Assembly: GCA_040954595.2 (NCBI GenBank)
Contig: CM082582.2
Location: forward strand, 9,911,483-9,975,482
Reading direction: 5' to 3'
DNA from: Balanoglossus misakiensis
Lineage: Eukaryota > Animalia > Hemichordata
Length of the DNA: 64,000 nt
Position numbers and translations under genes: made by a program. Position 1 is the stretch's first letter. Each line of letters begins with the position of its first letter. This document shows, in pieces, positions 48,701 through 62,394 of the stretch. A model generated the notes under the pieces. It did no database searches. It was not told the origin of the DNA and saw only the letters and a list, made by a program, of their open reading frames with translations.

Positions 48701-51700
48701 CGAAGAATAAGGCAAAATAAGTGGTATTAAGTTCAGCTGATTACGGCTTTATTGGTTGTCGTAATCTCGACGAAGACTCCATCAGTGCCGGGTTAATACA
48801 ACGTGAGCGCACAATGTACCCGAGGATTGTTGGCGTTCAGCCCCGGCAAATTTGCCGGTAATAGGACGGATTGTAATAGTCCTTTCCGTAACATGTTGCG
48901 ACGGTGGGATTCCATCAGTCTAGCGGATGCGTCGCAATTTTCCCCTCATTGATGTCTTGTCCCATTCCATCCGTTCTTGTCCAGTCCGTCGCATACGGAA
49001 TGTTCACCATTTAGCAATTTTACCCTGTAGCTAAAATACAGGTCAACTCCATAACACAGAAAGATGTTCAAGCACACTATGTTCAAATCGAATAGAAACT
49101 GTACACAAATGATGAAAAAACAACATCGGACAAGGCCCAGGAAATATCTGTGGCCAGAGAGGCCACGCCCACTTTTTAATTTTATGCAGATGAGTATCAT
49201 CCTGTGTCGATGACTCGTTTGAAGGATTTATATCGTATATGAAATTAGCATAGGGATAAACAGCAATTCTGATTCATTGTGCCCATAATGTAATTTTCAT
49301 TACTTTGATGCGTAAATGTGGCTTGTGTGAAGTCATTACCGAGTTAAATTTGTAACGATGGACTTGATGCGTCCCATCGGATCATTAATCTGTGGATTTC
49401 AGTTTCTTTGCATGTGAGCCACGCAAAAAACATTCAAGGATTTTGTTCGTGTTGGACTATGATTTGTGGCAGGTGTGCCTTGTCATTTGCAGTAAGGTGC
49501 ATCTTTTCAGATTCATTCATCTTTGCCACTTATTTCTCTCATATCATTGAAATTTATGTGTTTATTTCAGAGTTGATTGATTTTGCTCCAGATCTTCTGC
49601 ATCTCATGAATTTTGCATCTGTGTCTCTTTTGACTCGAGACGAATGAAATAGTCTGCCTTTTATATTCACACAGAACGTCAGAACTAGCAGAAGCAGATT
49701 CAAGTTCAGGATTTTCGAAGTGTAGAAGTAGGTTTTAGCTCAGATTTTTTTTAAAGTTTTTTTTTCGCACTCGTTCGATGAACGCACAAGGAAGTGACCC
49801 CCTAGGTTGCCGAAGCTTTGCAGTGCAGGTGTGGTGGGGAGGGTTTCATGAAATTCAATCGATGGTTTCGGTCCTCTTTTATGGGTTTCTGGGTTCCTGC
49901 TATTCCCATTGTCGGAGGTGTCTGACTCAGACAAAGCAATATGGACATGCATTGAAGGCACACTGCATTGTCCGATTAGTGAATACAAAATGGGGTTGGA
50001 AAATTAATGGCGCGAGCCCCCTCGTTTTATTGTTATGCCCGATATTTGTGTGCTGCACTTAGTTTTCCCGTTGTTTTGACTCGGCACTGGGCCCGTGATC
50101 ATCCTTTTCTGTTCTCTGTGTCTTTGTGTTTTTCAGTCTGTCGTTTCTGTCTCTGTCTTTAATAAGCAAAATTTCGTTGGCTGCATTATAATATAATATG
50201 TGCAGTTATCCTATTCCTAATAATTTAAGTACTCTGTTTTTTTTTGTTTTTTTATTCCATTATGTTATAAATCTTTATTGTTAGTTAATATTGTACTTTT
50301 ATACAATAATAACATAATGTTATGTTTTGATTGATCAATTATTATAGATTAACATTTATGATATATATTTGTATATTAAATATTTACTTTAATATGTGGC
50401 TCATATTTCAAGCTGTGCGTCTGTTAAAGAGTTGTTTTAATAGGCTTATCAAAGCATGCGAGTCTAGAATTTTTTTATTTTCCCTAGAGTTTTCTCTCAT
50501 TCTGAAATCAGTTCAGTTTCCAAGATAAAGTACATTGTATGGCCAGGATTTACTTAGAATAGCTCATCACAGGAGTGCATTATATACATTGCACAGGGGT
50601 CTACTCTGGTGAAGCACACGACATGTCGACCTTCGCAAGTGTGCCTCGGTGACCTTGATTGTCTACAACTATGGCACGCTCGCTTGGACAAAGCCAAGTT
50701 GAAGTGACTGATAATGTAGCATAATGTCAGGCCTGATTGACCTTGTCAATGTCAATGTCAACTCGAGTGTGCAGCAATGCGCATGTAACCTTTTCAGACC
50801 CTGGCTGTACGGGGACCAGATTCTAATTTCGCTGTTGATAGGATGGGTGGATTTCGGATCAAGATGCAGTACTGCATCACGGGCACTCTTTATAGGTGAT
50901 TGTGATATTGATTTGAAACTAACCAGGTTTAAAACTTTGTTTCAAGCTCCAAAGTCTATAACTTTTATTTGCTGCTTTGAGAGCAAATCATGATATGGAT
51001 CTGAGAAAATTAATATGCATAGCGATGACACTGCGACTCAGAGTACCAGCCATAAAGACTGCCCTCATACAACACTGTGCACTCAACAGAGAAATAACGT
51101 AATACCACATGTGAGCTATAAATAATAATATCATCCAAATCATCAATTCCCTGTCTGGTTTGCGCACATAAAAAATTTAATCAGGCCAATCCTGATTTTG
51201 GGGTTTTTCATTTTTGATTTTCATTTTAAGTATTATTGTGATGTTATCTATTGGAAAAATGATAAATAGGCTGTGCACCTGCCCTAACCAGCGTAATGGC
51301 CCCGGGCAGAATACAGAACTACAATAGGTTATGATGGACTGTTGAAAAATACAATTGAAGACAGAGACATTTATGTACTGGGCCATTGTTCACAGGGAAA
51401 CTACTGAATATACTTCATTTTGGAACCCTTAGCTTTGTGTTTTATTTCACTGGCAAGTGCGCGCTTACCCCGCTTTTGTAGTATGTATATCAAAAGTTTG
51501 ACTTCGGCTTTGCGCGACCTCTGGATGACCTCCTGTGCGCTCGGGTGCAAGGTTTAGTTGTCGATTCGAGTTTTGGGTTGATGTCGGGTGGCTGTGTTGG
51601 TGGTTGTTTCTTTTTTCACTTGTTCTTGCACCCAACTTGTATTTTTTTGCTGCCGGGAATCGGTAACCATCAAGGCCACAGATTCAGTACTCTGTATCCA

Positions 51701-54700
51701 CTTTTTGCTTTGTCGACACGGGCGGTAATGTTACATTTAAGTGAGATTTCTTTTGTTGGCCCGGTTGTGCCCTGAAAGCACAGACTGCAGACAATACTTC
51801 CACATACAGTTGTGTGTCTTCAATTTAATGGTATCGATAAATCCCCTCTTCTGCGCCCGAAATTTAAATAAACTCACAATAAATCAAAAGAAGGGGCAGA
51901 AAAGAAGGAGGGGCCATTTGCTGTTCTGTGAGCGCTCTGTGCCGAAGGAGAACTATTCTCGCAACGTTGAGTCTGAAATTTTGTTTTAATTTGAACAAGT
52001 GGGGGTGGTGTGGCATGTGCCTTCCGCTGTGATCATTCCGAGAACTCTGCTGTGACTGCACAGTCGGAAAAGTGAGTCTGGACTGTCAGGGCGCATCAGT
52101 TTGAAAACCGGTGCCCAATGACTCTCTTTGTGGTCGGCTGTCAAAAACTTCAGGTTAGCCCGTCTTTGATGCCTAACCCTTTTTTCGCAGAGGCAGGCCT
52201 AATTATTGTAAGAATGGTCAGAAAAACAAGTTGGGGACACATTGTAGAAGTGTGTGTTTTATGAATGCATCTCTCAAATGCCCCACGGGCGCTCGGTGCG
52301 AGTATAGTTTATGGACTAGGGGTGCCTGCCGGCAACCAACCACTTCAGAAAGTCAACAGCAGAAAAAAAAGAGAGAAAGAAGATTGAGTGTGCGCACTGA
52401 AGTCTGCTATTATTGCAGTATCTGGCATATGCTGGCTATATTTATGCACAAAATGTCACTTTAATAACTTCTGGTCAGTTGCTGAAAACATGAAATAAAA
52501 ACCATGAAGATGTTTTCGTAGTTTTTGTTTAATACAGGGCATATTTTTAAATAGATTTGAGCATGGAAGACCAGGGATAGATATAAGACTCCAATGCTTA
52601 AACAATAATTATTCATGAGAAAATTTGCTACCCGAAAACCCACGAGTGAAAGATGCACCTCGAAACTAAAGAGCTACAAATGAAGATATCAGCGCTGGGC
52701 ATGTTTTCATTAATTCATATAAGTGCCATATTTGAACTAAATTTGCATTTGTTTAAAAGGGCACGCAGCCACTTTGAAATTTGTGTGCGCTGAGGATGAT
52801 TTATATCCGAGGCTGCAAAGCTTGATGGGAGAAGGATGGAAACAGGAAGTTGTAGGGGAACCGGTGAAAATACCGGGGATGTTTAGTGGAACAGGGTTTT
52901 TAGTGTAATCTTTAAATTCCATTAAATATGAAAGGAGCTATTTAACCACTGTGAGAGCAGCTCAGGAAGAAGCCCTTTTTGAAGAGGGAGCTATCAAATG
53001 GGCTTGAGTTTACGACTGTTGACGGTCTCATCAAAAGTCATCTGTTGATCAAACAAGTCAACACAGTAATAATATAGTAATTCGGGTTTAAAAATCATTA
53101 GAACTGCCGAACCCACTTTTCTGTTCAAGTAGTAAGAGAGATTTATAGGTGGCCTGTTTTTTGGTGTGTGTATGTGTTTGTTTTTGTGCATGTTTTTTTT
53201 TTTTTGGGGGGGGGGGGTGCAGGCAGGTGGAACATGTTTCACTTTCAGGGACAATTTTACAAGTTTGAATTAAAGTCAAGGCAAACACACTCAGATTTAA
53301 AAAAAAAAATTAATGGCTTTTATCTCGGTGTAACATGTTTTTGTTCTTGAATACATGTCAATACACACACATGTAAAATGCTGTTTTATCACGAAATTAT
53401 AGTGAAAATTTCTGGAATAAAGATATTTTCTGGGGAAAAAAAGAGCTGAGAAGAGGTCATCAACCAGACTGTTGTGTGCAGCCATACGCTCGTAAATCAC
53501 AGGGATTTGTCCTGTGTAAATCAAAGCTCATGAAGCTAGTTTACACTGATAAAATACAGTCTAACTATTACGGCCAACATCACTGGAGCGTTATAGCCAT
53601 CCTGTTTAATTTCCGCGCTGCACAATTTAAAAATTGATTGTAGCGCGATTGAATATTTAAAAATGCTTGAAGCATTTCCCTTGAACGTCAGCAGAAGATA
53701 ATTGAATATGTCACAGGTAAACACTCCAGAGGCTCTCGGTAATTGAAGTGACAAATACACCACAAGTTCAAGTACAAGGCAGTTGATTTACAACCCTCGG
53801 GCATAATTAAATTACCTGTCATTGCATGAAAGTAGGTCTTCAACGTTGTTTTCTTTTCACAAAGCTGTAATACAGGCCCCTATAGGTCAAGGCCCCTATA
53901 TATATTTTTTTTTCTTTATTCAGTTTACACTGGTAATGGTTTTGAAAATTAGGGTTAGGGATTTTGACGTGGTTAAGAGGTGACTATTGGTGTTATTAAA
54001 AATAAAACACTTGGATGTGTTAGGTTGTGATATTTAGGAGAGTGCCCCAGTGAAAATTCTTTGCATGATAGAGAAAGACAAACTTATTTTATGTATTTTT
54101 TGCAGTTATCTGCATAAATATTGATTTGTTTATGCAAAAGTTGCATTTTTGCTAACTGTCACAGACAGAAAGATGTAATTTGTCCGAGACAGGCAGACAG
54201 ACAGACAGACACTGAGATACAGATGCACACGGCGTAACTGGGAGACTAAAAATAATTTCACCTCAACTCCATGCATCTATGGTATAATGCCTTCAAACTC
54301 TATTTGCCTGTCCTCACGTGAAAGAGCAGAAAATGATATAAAAACAGAAGCTCTTTAAAAATGAGCAGGTGTGATTGCGAAATGACATTTTTAGTACTTT
54401 TGAGAGTTGAAAAACTTCAGTCAGTGTTGATTCATTGATAAACAGGCAGAGGGACTGGCAAGTCCACTCGTTGGGTACACAAAAAAGTGTGTGTTCATGT
54501 TTTGGTAGCCAGGTAATTCAGAAATGCCATTCGGTTTGCACAGTGGTCTCCCCCACCAGTCGGAGCTGGCCGAGTATTAAACAAGGGATTTATCACCCTC
54601 TGATAGGACGTTGATGAAATGTCTTCTCAGGTGTGTAAACATTTGTAGGGTGCGCTTTGTGGAGCGTGGCGTGCTTTGTGGAAACACGCTCCTCTTTGTC

Positions 54701-55894
54701 AGGAAACATTGTTGACTTACGCCGAGTGGCAGGCTGCACTGAAATTCAGTTCCTCTGTAAATATTGATTGTGATGTTTGGTAAAAGTTGGGTTTTTTGTT
54801 GTTGTTTTGTTTCCGTGTATTATATATCAAAGTGTGCTGAATGTTTTGTGTTGGTGTCAACTGTTTAACACAGAGCAGTTTCGTGCTATGCTACCAGTAC
54901 ATGTAAAATTAATTTACGTGCCTCTCAGTTCCATTTCATCCTCGTAGGGTAGTAGAAATCCGCAAACACTGAAATCTCAATCAGTGATACACTCTAATTG
55001 TATTATTTCCTCTTTATTAACAAAAATAAGGTGGCTGCTTTTCACAATATGCAAAGTTGGTGTAAAAATGTTTTTTTTTTCAAAAAAATGTATTAAACAT
55101 TTAAAAAAAAATACTGGTACATTGTATTACTACAAAATGGAGGGATCGACATATTTCCACTGGTAGATGTTTTTAAATAGCTCTGGCATGCTATAAATAT
55201 TCCTCGTGGATAGCTTTACTTTCATATGGAGGAAAGATATTTTTGTCTCAGGCTTCATGTTTTGTGTTGCCTGGAATCAGTGGTTGAGGCCAATCTGGCC
55301 GTTTCGCCACTGAAAATATGTTGTGGTTGATAAGCTTTTATGCAGTGGAAATGTGAAATATCTGTTCAAACTCAAATTTTCAGTTTTTGTAAGTTTTGCA
55401 GGCCAGTGAATTTTACCCAGGGACCAATGGGGGGATTATTCTCATCATGTGTCTGTGATGAGATGTGTGGTTATCTGTGTATAGGTCTGTTACAGGGTTG
55501 TCGATTCATTCTTTTGTAGCCAACAGTTGTAGCATTCATTTTATTTTATTCAAACGCACAAATCATTGTACATTTCCAAACACTTCTCATTATACCACAT
55601 GACAAAATAGATCATTTCCACCAATTTCCTCTGTAAACACTATTTAAGTTATTAATAGCAAGTTCAATGAGATAATAAACAAAGGGGTCTATACAGCTGA
55701 ATCGCTGTCATTGGTGCCCTTTAAGTTTCTCTGTTTGGCGGGCCAATTGTAAAGAGGAAACACACTCTTTTAATCTGTTAATTGCTGAAGCTGTTTTTTT
55801 GATGATGTGACCTTGAGTGCCCTGTCATCGAATGAGACCAAATCACTTGGAAACTATTAGACATTTATCTGTTTGAGTCTGGCCCGGCCCTGTT

Positions 55895-55912
55895 CCCCCC
55901 CCCCCCCCCCCC
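55895..55912. repeat. Poly-C tract (C18)
   Basis: Homopolymer seen directly. Confidence 0.9.
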
Positions 55913-57864
55913 TGAAGAACCTGCGAGTTGAACGAAGAGATTGTCAGCTGACTCTGCACCGACGCGCTCTGAATTTCTAATCACTACCTACCCACCTGCA
56001 ATTTGCTTTGTCAGCGCCGCATAATGGATGGCACGGAGGTCAAAGTTGACACGTGCCAGCCACACGACCATTATTGTTGCCAACATTCGCAAAAGCCAAC
56101 TACTCCCCTATTCATTCGGCCTCTGGGAGGTTCCATTTACCGCAGGGGGGGGTGGGGAGGGGGGGGGCGCGATCTCTTCTCGGAATGAAATAGTTACAAC
56201 TGTTCGGTGTCACGGCCAATCCCAGGTTATTGACCACGGAACAGGTATTATCTATCGGAGTTGTTCGTCATCATGATAGTAACATTTCAGAACAAACAGA
56301 AATTCAGAAAAGACATTGCATCTGTATTTTAAAGTATGCATTTGTTCAAAGATCGGGTGTTAACACTGTCGTGCGAACCTTTGTTTTTTGTTTTTCGGTT
56401 GGCAGCACCAAGCTTTAAGCAGATTACACAACCACTGTTCTTCAGACAGGAGGTTCTTAAAAACAGTTGAATCAGTATGTTCTTTCAGTAAATACGTATT
56501 ATTGTAGTTGTAAAATGTCCAAACCACATGGTTACGGGGACTGTCTGACCAATTGAGTCACTTTACTGGGTTACTCTTTCTCTAAGGATACTTTCACGAG
56601 TATGCACAAGTGGGGAAGTTTTCTCAAATAAATCGGTGGATCATTGTCATACTCAAGTAGAGTGCATTCGTGGTCGTGAAACATAAAACGTCCAGTTCTG
56701 TTGACAAGTAGGTCTCAACAGGTTGATCCGGGGATGTTGGCGGGTTTTCGAGTTTTCAGTTTCTTTCGGCCAGGCGACTGGCGTATTGTTCTGGCGCTTG
56801 TTGATAACTTACTGCTTGGGATCACTTCACTGGGCCGTGAAAATTGTGCGATTATCCAGAACGTGTTTGGCAAGTCTGGTGTGATTGCCGACTGAAGGAC
56901 AATTGGCCATCCGAAGAGGGTTTACCCCAAGTGGCTCTATGTAGGGGCAAAATTTGGAACCCTCTCGTCAGATATTTGAGCATTTCATTTCGCCGATTTT
57001 TAAAACAAAACTAGAAACGCATTTTACGCTGAGCTGAAAATATTGCGACTCTGTACAATTTAAAGTCATCCAAAATAATTGTACCGATATATAGTCATAT
57101 CTCCTTGTTTTCATGTATAGAATAATGCTAATCGCAGTTTTATCAAAGGGTGATATCTGATTTGACCAATTAAACACAGAAGAGTAATCTGATTAATTGC
57201 AATTTGTATGTTCATCCCTATTTTCTGAAGCCAATTTTTTTGTGTCTTTCAGCTTCCAGGAAAGAACTTGGCCACTGGTAGTTGGTGTGATAACAAGATT
57301 ACCAATTTTGGCGTAGTCAGGTAAACGCAGCATTCTTCGTCTTTTGGTTTGAATAAAAATCTTCTCGACTGATTTTTTAATGGGCTGTCCACCTTCCAGG
57401 GTTCATATTCCCCTGGAAAACTCTCAAGGTAAGTACTTGAAATCCTGGAATAATGGAATTTAGTCATGGAAGATTGATTTTGCAGCTTGCAGAATGCCGT
57501 GTCAACTGAGAAATGGGACCAGACGACAGACTACCGGTAGATCGTGAGTTGTCAGGCAAATTGCAGAAAAACTGATGTTATCTCACTCATGAAATGTTGA
57601 AGTCAAGATGTTCCAAGAAATATTTACATTTGCCCTGTTTCTGTGAAAGGAAAAAAATTAGATGATTATCGGAAAGTCACATTGTGAATGGATGAATGTG
57701 CCAATGGCATGTCGTCTAGTTTCAGCCGCAGTAGTGAATTTTTGATTAGTTACATTATATCGCTAAGAATTTGCTATGGGCAATATTTTTTCTTGGAATT
57801 TGTGTACTTTTTCCCTTGTCAGACCAGATCGAGTTTGTAAAAATAACTCTGTGGGTGCCTTGGA

Positions 57865-57885
57865 GGGGGGGGGGGGGGGGGGGGG
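57865..57885. repeat. Poly-G tract (G21)
   Basis: Homopolymer seen directly. Confidence 0.9.
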
Positions 57886-60589
57886 TTGTTCTTCGCTGTA
57901 ACTTGGGAACAATATGTGTTATGTATGTGCATACATTCTGTGTCAGCGTGACTGTGTTTAAATGAACTTGATGTTGATGAGCTGTGAAGAAAACGCAATG
58001 ACAGTAGACGTGCCACATGTGAGCAGAACTGCGGCTTGAGTTCCTTTGAAAAAGGTTGGAATAAGTTATATACAAACTGTGCATGTTTTCAAAAGCTCAA
58101 AGTGTTTTCTCGTCAATAAATTCTGACATGTATGTGCGCTGGACAGATTTGATAATTAAGGTGGATGTGACGTGTTTACATGTTGCCATGGTGCAGGCAT
58201 GAGCTGTGATGTCACGACTTTCTTTGTTGTGTCATCATGAATCACACTGTATAGTCAGTCTGTGACCACTGCAATTTATTGTTATCGTCATGCCAACACA
58301 TGACAAAGTCAAACGGGAGGGTTAGTATTAGAATTTTAACTGTCACCTATCAGCTCATTAACCTTTCCAACGAAGCAAGGCAAAAATGCATGTCTTTTTT
58401 ACCGTTCTTTCTCTTTGACATGCGCGCTGAGCATACGAATACGGATCGCGCTCCCGTCACTGTGACGGCAGGTCTGTGATTTTCTGCTTGAGACGACACG
58501 GTTATGTGTTGCAATCACGGCCAGGAAGTGAATAGTGTATTGAGTAATTAGTACACTGTAATCTTTGTCTGCTATCAATCTGCTACATTGTAGGTAATCT
58601 CCACTTGTGTGTTAAGCTGTCAATCAGCGGCGCAAACAGCACGCTGCACCTGCTGCGGTGTGTGCCTACGATATCTCTACGAGTGAATACGCATTTTTTG
58701 TCGTGTGTTGGGTCAAGCAAGTCGGGGACAAATAGTGGCGTATCTGAGTAGATTCGGGAGCATCCTCAGAGACTTTTTTTTTCAATTTTGACTTCACGTG
58801 ATCGACTATTGGAGATCGGGTGAAGTCAGGTGCCACTGTGTATAAATATTAGAGTTGCGATGTTTTCTTAAACTATAGTGGTCAATTGATGCTGTTGACA
58901 TTACAGCTTTTAGTCCATAAATCTCTGTTATAATGAAATCTGAGGCGTTTAGATTGCTGTTTAATAATGGGGGCATCAATGTCAAGTTTTGGGATGAAAT
59001 AGCCATTTGCATTCAGACGGTAAACGGTCAAGAGGGTCGTATTATGTGTCTCCTCAAGGGTCTCTTGACTTTGAAGTTGATTTACTGGAGAATGTTAAAG
59101 GGCGAAAGCTGCGATGATGTCAAACAATGTTTTATAGATATTTAGGATTTTCGTGAAAAGGTACTTCCTTCATCGCACTAAGTGTTGGGTCTTCTTTTGA
59201 ACGCCAAAATCTGCACAGGTCAGACAACCACCTGTTGAGCGACAGATTGATTCAGTTACAGTTTGATAGAACATCTTTTGTTGGTCAGATTTGGCAAGGG
59301 TAAAATTGTCATTTTTGGAAGGAATCAGGGGGTGGGATGACTGCAGTGGATGACTGTGGCCTTTTGTGAAGCAATACAAGTATCCGACTTGTAGAACTTC
59401 ACTAGACTGGGTGACAGATGATATTAAAGACTCCTCTTTTTTCAAACTGTGAAAGAGAAAAGGGAAGCAGGCTGAGATTGTGGTTTCCGCGGATACTGCC
59501 GGCAGCAATAGCTGTTCACAGGTAGGAGTTGTCGTGCGCTGGCCCCGCATTGAGACCAGGTCGGAGGTGAATCCACAGTTACACCCATAACAATGCAGGC
59601 GACAGGGCTGAAAATTGCCAATGACAGAGATTGACACCGTTTCGGAAGAGAGAGGGGGGCCGAGACCCCCTGTGCATTGAATGGGTGCGTCCTGGCGAGG
59701 GAGAGAGAGAATAGAGATTGGTCTGATGAAAGGGCTATTTGTTCTGTCTAGATTGTGTTTGCCTGCTTTTGAATATTAATAAGCCCCAGACAGGTGGCTC
59801 AACAGTTTGGCGCGGTTACGTCCACCATTACCAACCCCCGGGGAAAAAAATCAAACTCCTCAGAAAATACAAATTGTTACAAGAAGATGGTAATTTTACA
59901 GTGTCGTAAGAAATTTCCCAACAGTCCAATTTGGACTAAAATTGGAAATCTTTTTGAAGCCCAGTTGCTCAAATACTCAGTTTGACCTATTTATTGACAC
60001 AGTTTCCAACTTGTTGCTAAGTTTTATCATAATGTTAAAAAACGACATTTGATGAAAAAGACAGTACTTGATTCAAAATGTCATTTAAAACAAAATGCAA
60101 GGCTTCAGTGACTCGTGCATTTTTCGATGTTTTCAGACTTAGCCATGCTAATCCGTTTAGGATTAATTAAGGCCAGTTGTCTCAGTGTGGGTTTTCTCTC
60201 CCCCTCCCAGTTAAATACTGCAATTGAGAATGTTTGTTGTTATATCGAGGCTGAAAAGACCTTTATTTGTGTTCGACACCGAAAGATGGTCCCCGTGATT
60301 ACCCTCTCGGAAAATAGTTTTTTCATTTCGTTTCAAAGGGAGTATAGTTATTATGAGGGAGAAAGGCTTCCACATCTCTGTGTTGGTTTTCTTTGATTCA
60401 GATGTTATCGTCGGTCTCTTGTCCATTTAATGAGTTTATCGGGGGGGAACCTTTTGTCTGTCGCGCCGTTTGCGATGGGTGGCGGCGGAGGACGGAATGG
60501 CCGATTCGAGGCATGCACTCTTGAGCTGAGCAGTGTGTGGGGAGAGATATTCCAAAGGTGGCACGTGTAGTGCCTAGATATAGGACTGA

Positions 60590-60745
60590 TCTATTGTTGG
60601 GAGGCGGACTGCGCCCGGGGGAAGTTTTATGCAGATTTGTATGTCTACGCGCACAAAGGGGCTAACTTGTTGGGGTAGACCCTTCATTGCCGGGGAAGCC
60701 ACTGACACCATACCTCAGTGCGATCTCGAGTTTATAAAAACAAGA
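60590..60745 (+). promoter_or_regulatory. TATA-containing promoter
   Basis: Sox-like CTATTGTT (~60591), GC box GGGAGGCGGA (~60599-60608), octamer-like ATGCAGAT (~60630) and TATAAAA (60733-60739). A purine-rich, 5'-UTR-like stretch and an ATG exon follow. Confidence 0.45.
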
Positions 60746-61129
60746 AAATAACAAAAAGATCAGAAAGAGAAAGAGAAACAATTGCGCCGAGAGGAACCTC
60801 CACTGGATCCTTCAGTTTGTCATAAATTTCAGTCGATCGAGAAAAAATATTGTGTGATGTACTGGAAAAGTTCGCGATAATTACTATTGTAAGTGTTATT
60901 TGGCAAACGGGTTGCCAACCCGACCCACCGACCAACCAACCAAGCAACGGAAGGAAGGAAGGAAGGAGGTACATCCTACCAACATCCTGGTTCATCCTGA
61001 AGTTTCTGCATCGATCACCCCCTCGCAACTCAAGACACTCTAATGACTGTATAAGCGGTGCACTTCCTTCCACACGGACTTTCTTGGACTGTCTTCGCGA
61101 CAAGAAACCTCCCCAAAAAATTTATAATT

Positions 61130-61198
61130 ATGGACACTACTTTCTGCGTAGGTGGTGATTACGACCTGCCAACCATCTTTGATCAGTATCTGTTCAAG
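61130..61198 (+). CDS. Probable first coding exon (MDTTFCVGGDYDLPTIFDQYLFK) of a gene continuing beyond the window
   Basis: Strong Kozak context (ATTATGG), exactly 23 codons, then an AAG|GTAGGA phase-0 donor, ~390 bp downstream of a TATA box. No convincing second exon in the window. Confidence 0.45.
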
Positions 61199-62379
61199 GT
61201 AGGAGAGACCCATGTGTGAAAATAATTTTTTCTCATTTCAGGCTTCAGTCTATTAATCATGAGACTAATGTAGTAGAGTGATCATCATCATGTTTCATCA
61301 TGTTCTGACATGATCGGTGACTGTTTCGAAAAAAAAAAGTCAGCCGTGATATTTAAAAAAAAACTTTCTGTATTTTGGCTGATGACTATTTTTTTCGTCT
61401 TTTTTACCTTTTATTGAAATATCGTGGTATTTAAGATTACATGTTAAAAGGTTTCATCGAATGTATGGGAATTAGAAAAATGATATTATCATGTGTAAAT
61501 TTGACATGTAATCTTCACTGCCGGTGACAAGTCCAATGTAAGTTTATCGGATTCACCGCGTTTGTCATCACAGGTTTGGTAAAGACGAGAAGAAAAGCAT
61601 TTATTGGACTTGTGTTAAAACAAGTATAGATAAAAGGCCTGTCTTTGTATTTTCTATCAAAGCGCAGAGTTTTTCACATCATTTTTTTTCCACGAACAGC
61701 ATGATTCACAAAATTACTAGTGATTAGGGTCGCCTGTCACCGCTGCTATTCAATGAGTTCGGGCATCGCTTTGATGATGGGTAATTGTTTTGAAACTTGC
61801 CAGGCGGTAAGTGCATGTGTTAAAGACCCCCCTCCCCTATTCAAATCGGTGCCGTCCTGTTAAGTTTAAAGGTCCACAGAAAAAAATGCTTGTATTCACC
61901 CCCTTTGTGGGTCGGTCAAGTCTTCCTCTGTGCTTGCTTTCAATTTTTTTTAACGTTTTTATGTGATGGCTTCATTGCCTAAATATTGTTTGAAAAATAT
62001 TTGCGTGCTTGTAAAACATCGTTGCACAAAGAATGATCCTTTTAATGTCTCTCTGTGAAGGCTGCTTGTAAAAAAAATCATTATTATCACACCTTGCACA
62101 GAATGGGGCTGTTTTAACCACTATCATTACCCCTTCCAAGGTCATTCCCACTATTGGTGTAAAAATCTGCATTGATGGGAATTACGCTTTCAAAATGCTT
62201 TTGCAAATATTTACTGAAAGTAGGGAGACATTTCCCTTTCCACCTTTTGATTGAATTTTGAAGTTGTTTAGATTAATTATTAACACGCTGACAGAAAATC
62301 AATTTTTGATTCATTGTGACATTTTGCTAACTGTGTTCACCCCACTTTTTGTGTGCATGTCGAATTGTGATGTTTGAAA

Positions 62380-62394
62380 CAGCAGGGGGCGCCC
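62380..62394 (+). promoter_or_regulatory. CTCF core motif match (CAGCAGGGGGCGCCC)
   Basis: Close match to the CTCF consensus within AT-rich, intron-like sequence. Confidence 0.4.

Noticed and set aside
59170-59637. 155-aa minus-strand ORF
   Set aside because: Non-ATG start, no recognisable domain or codon bias and no supporting splice structure.
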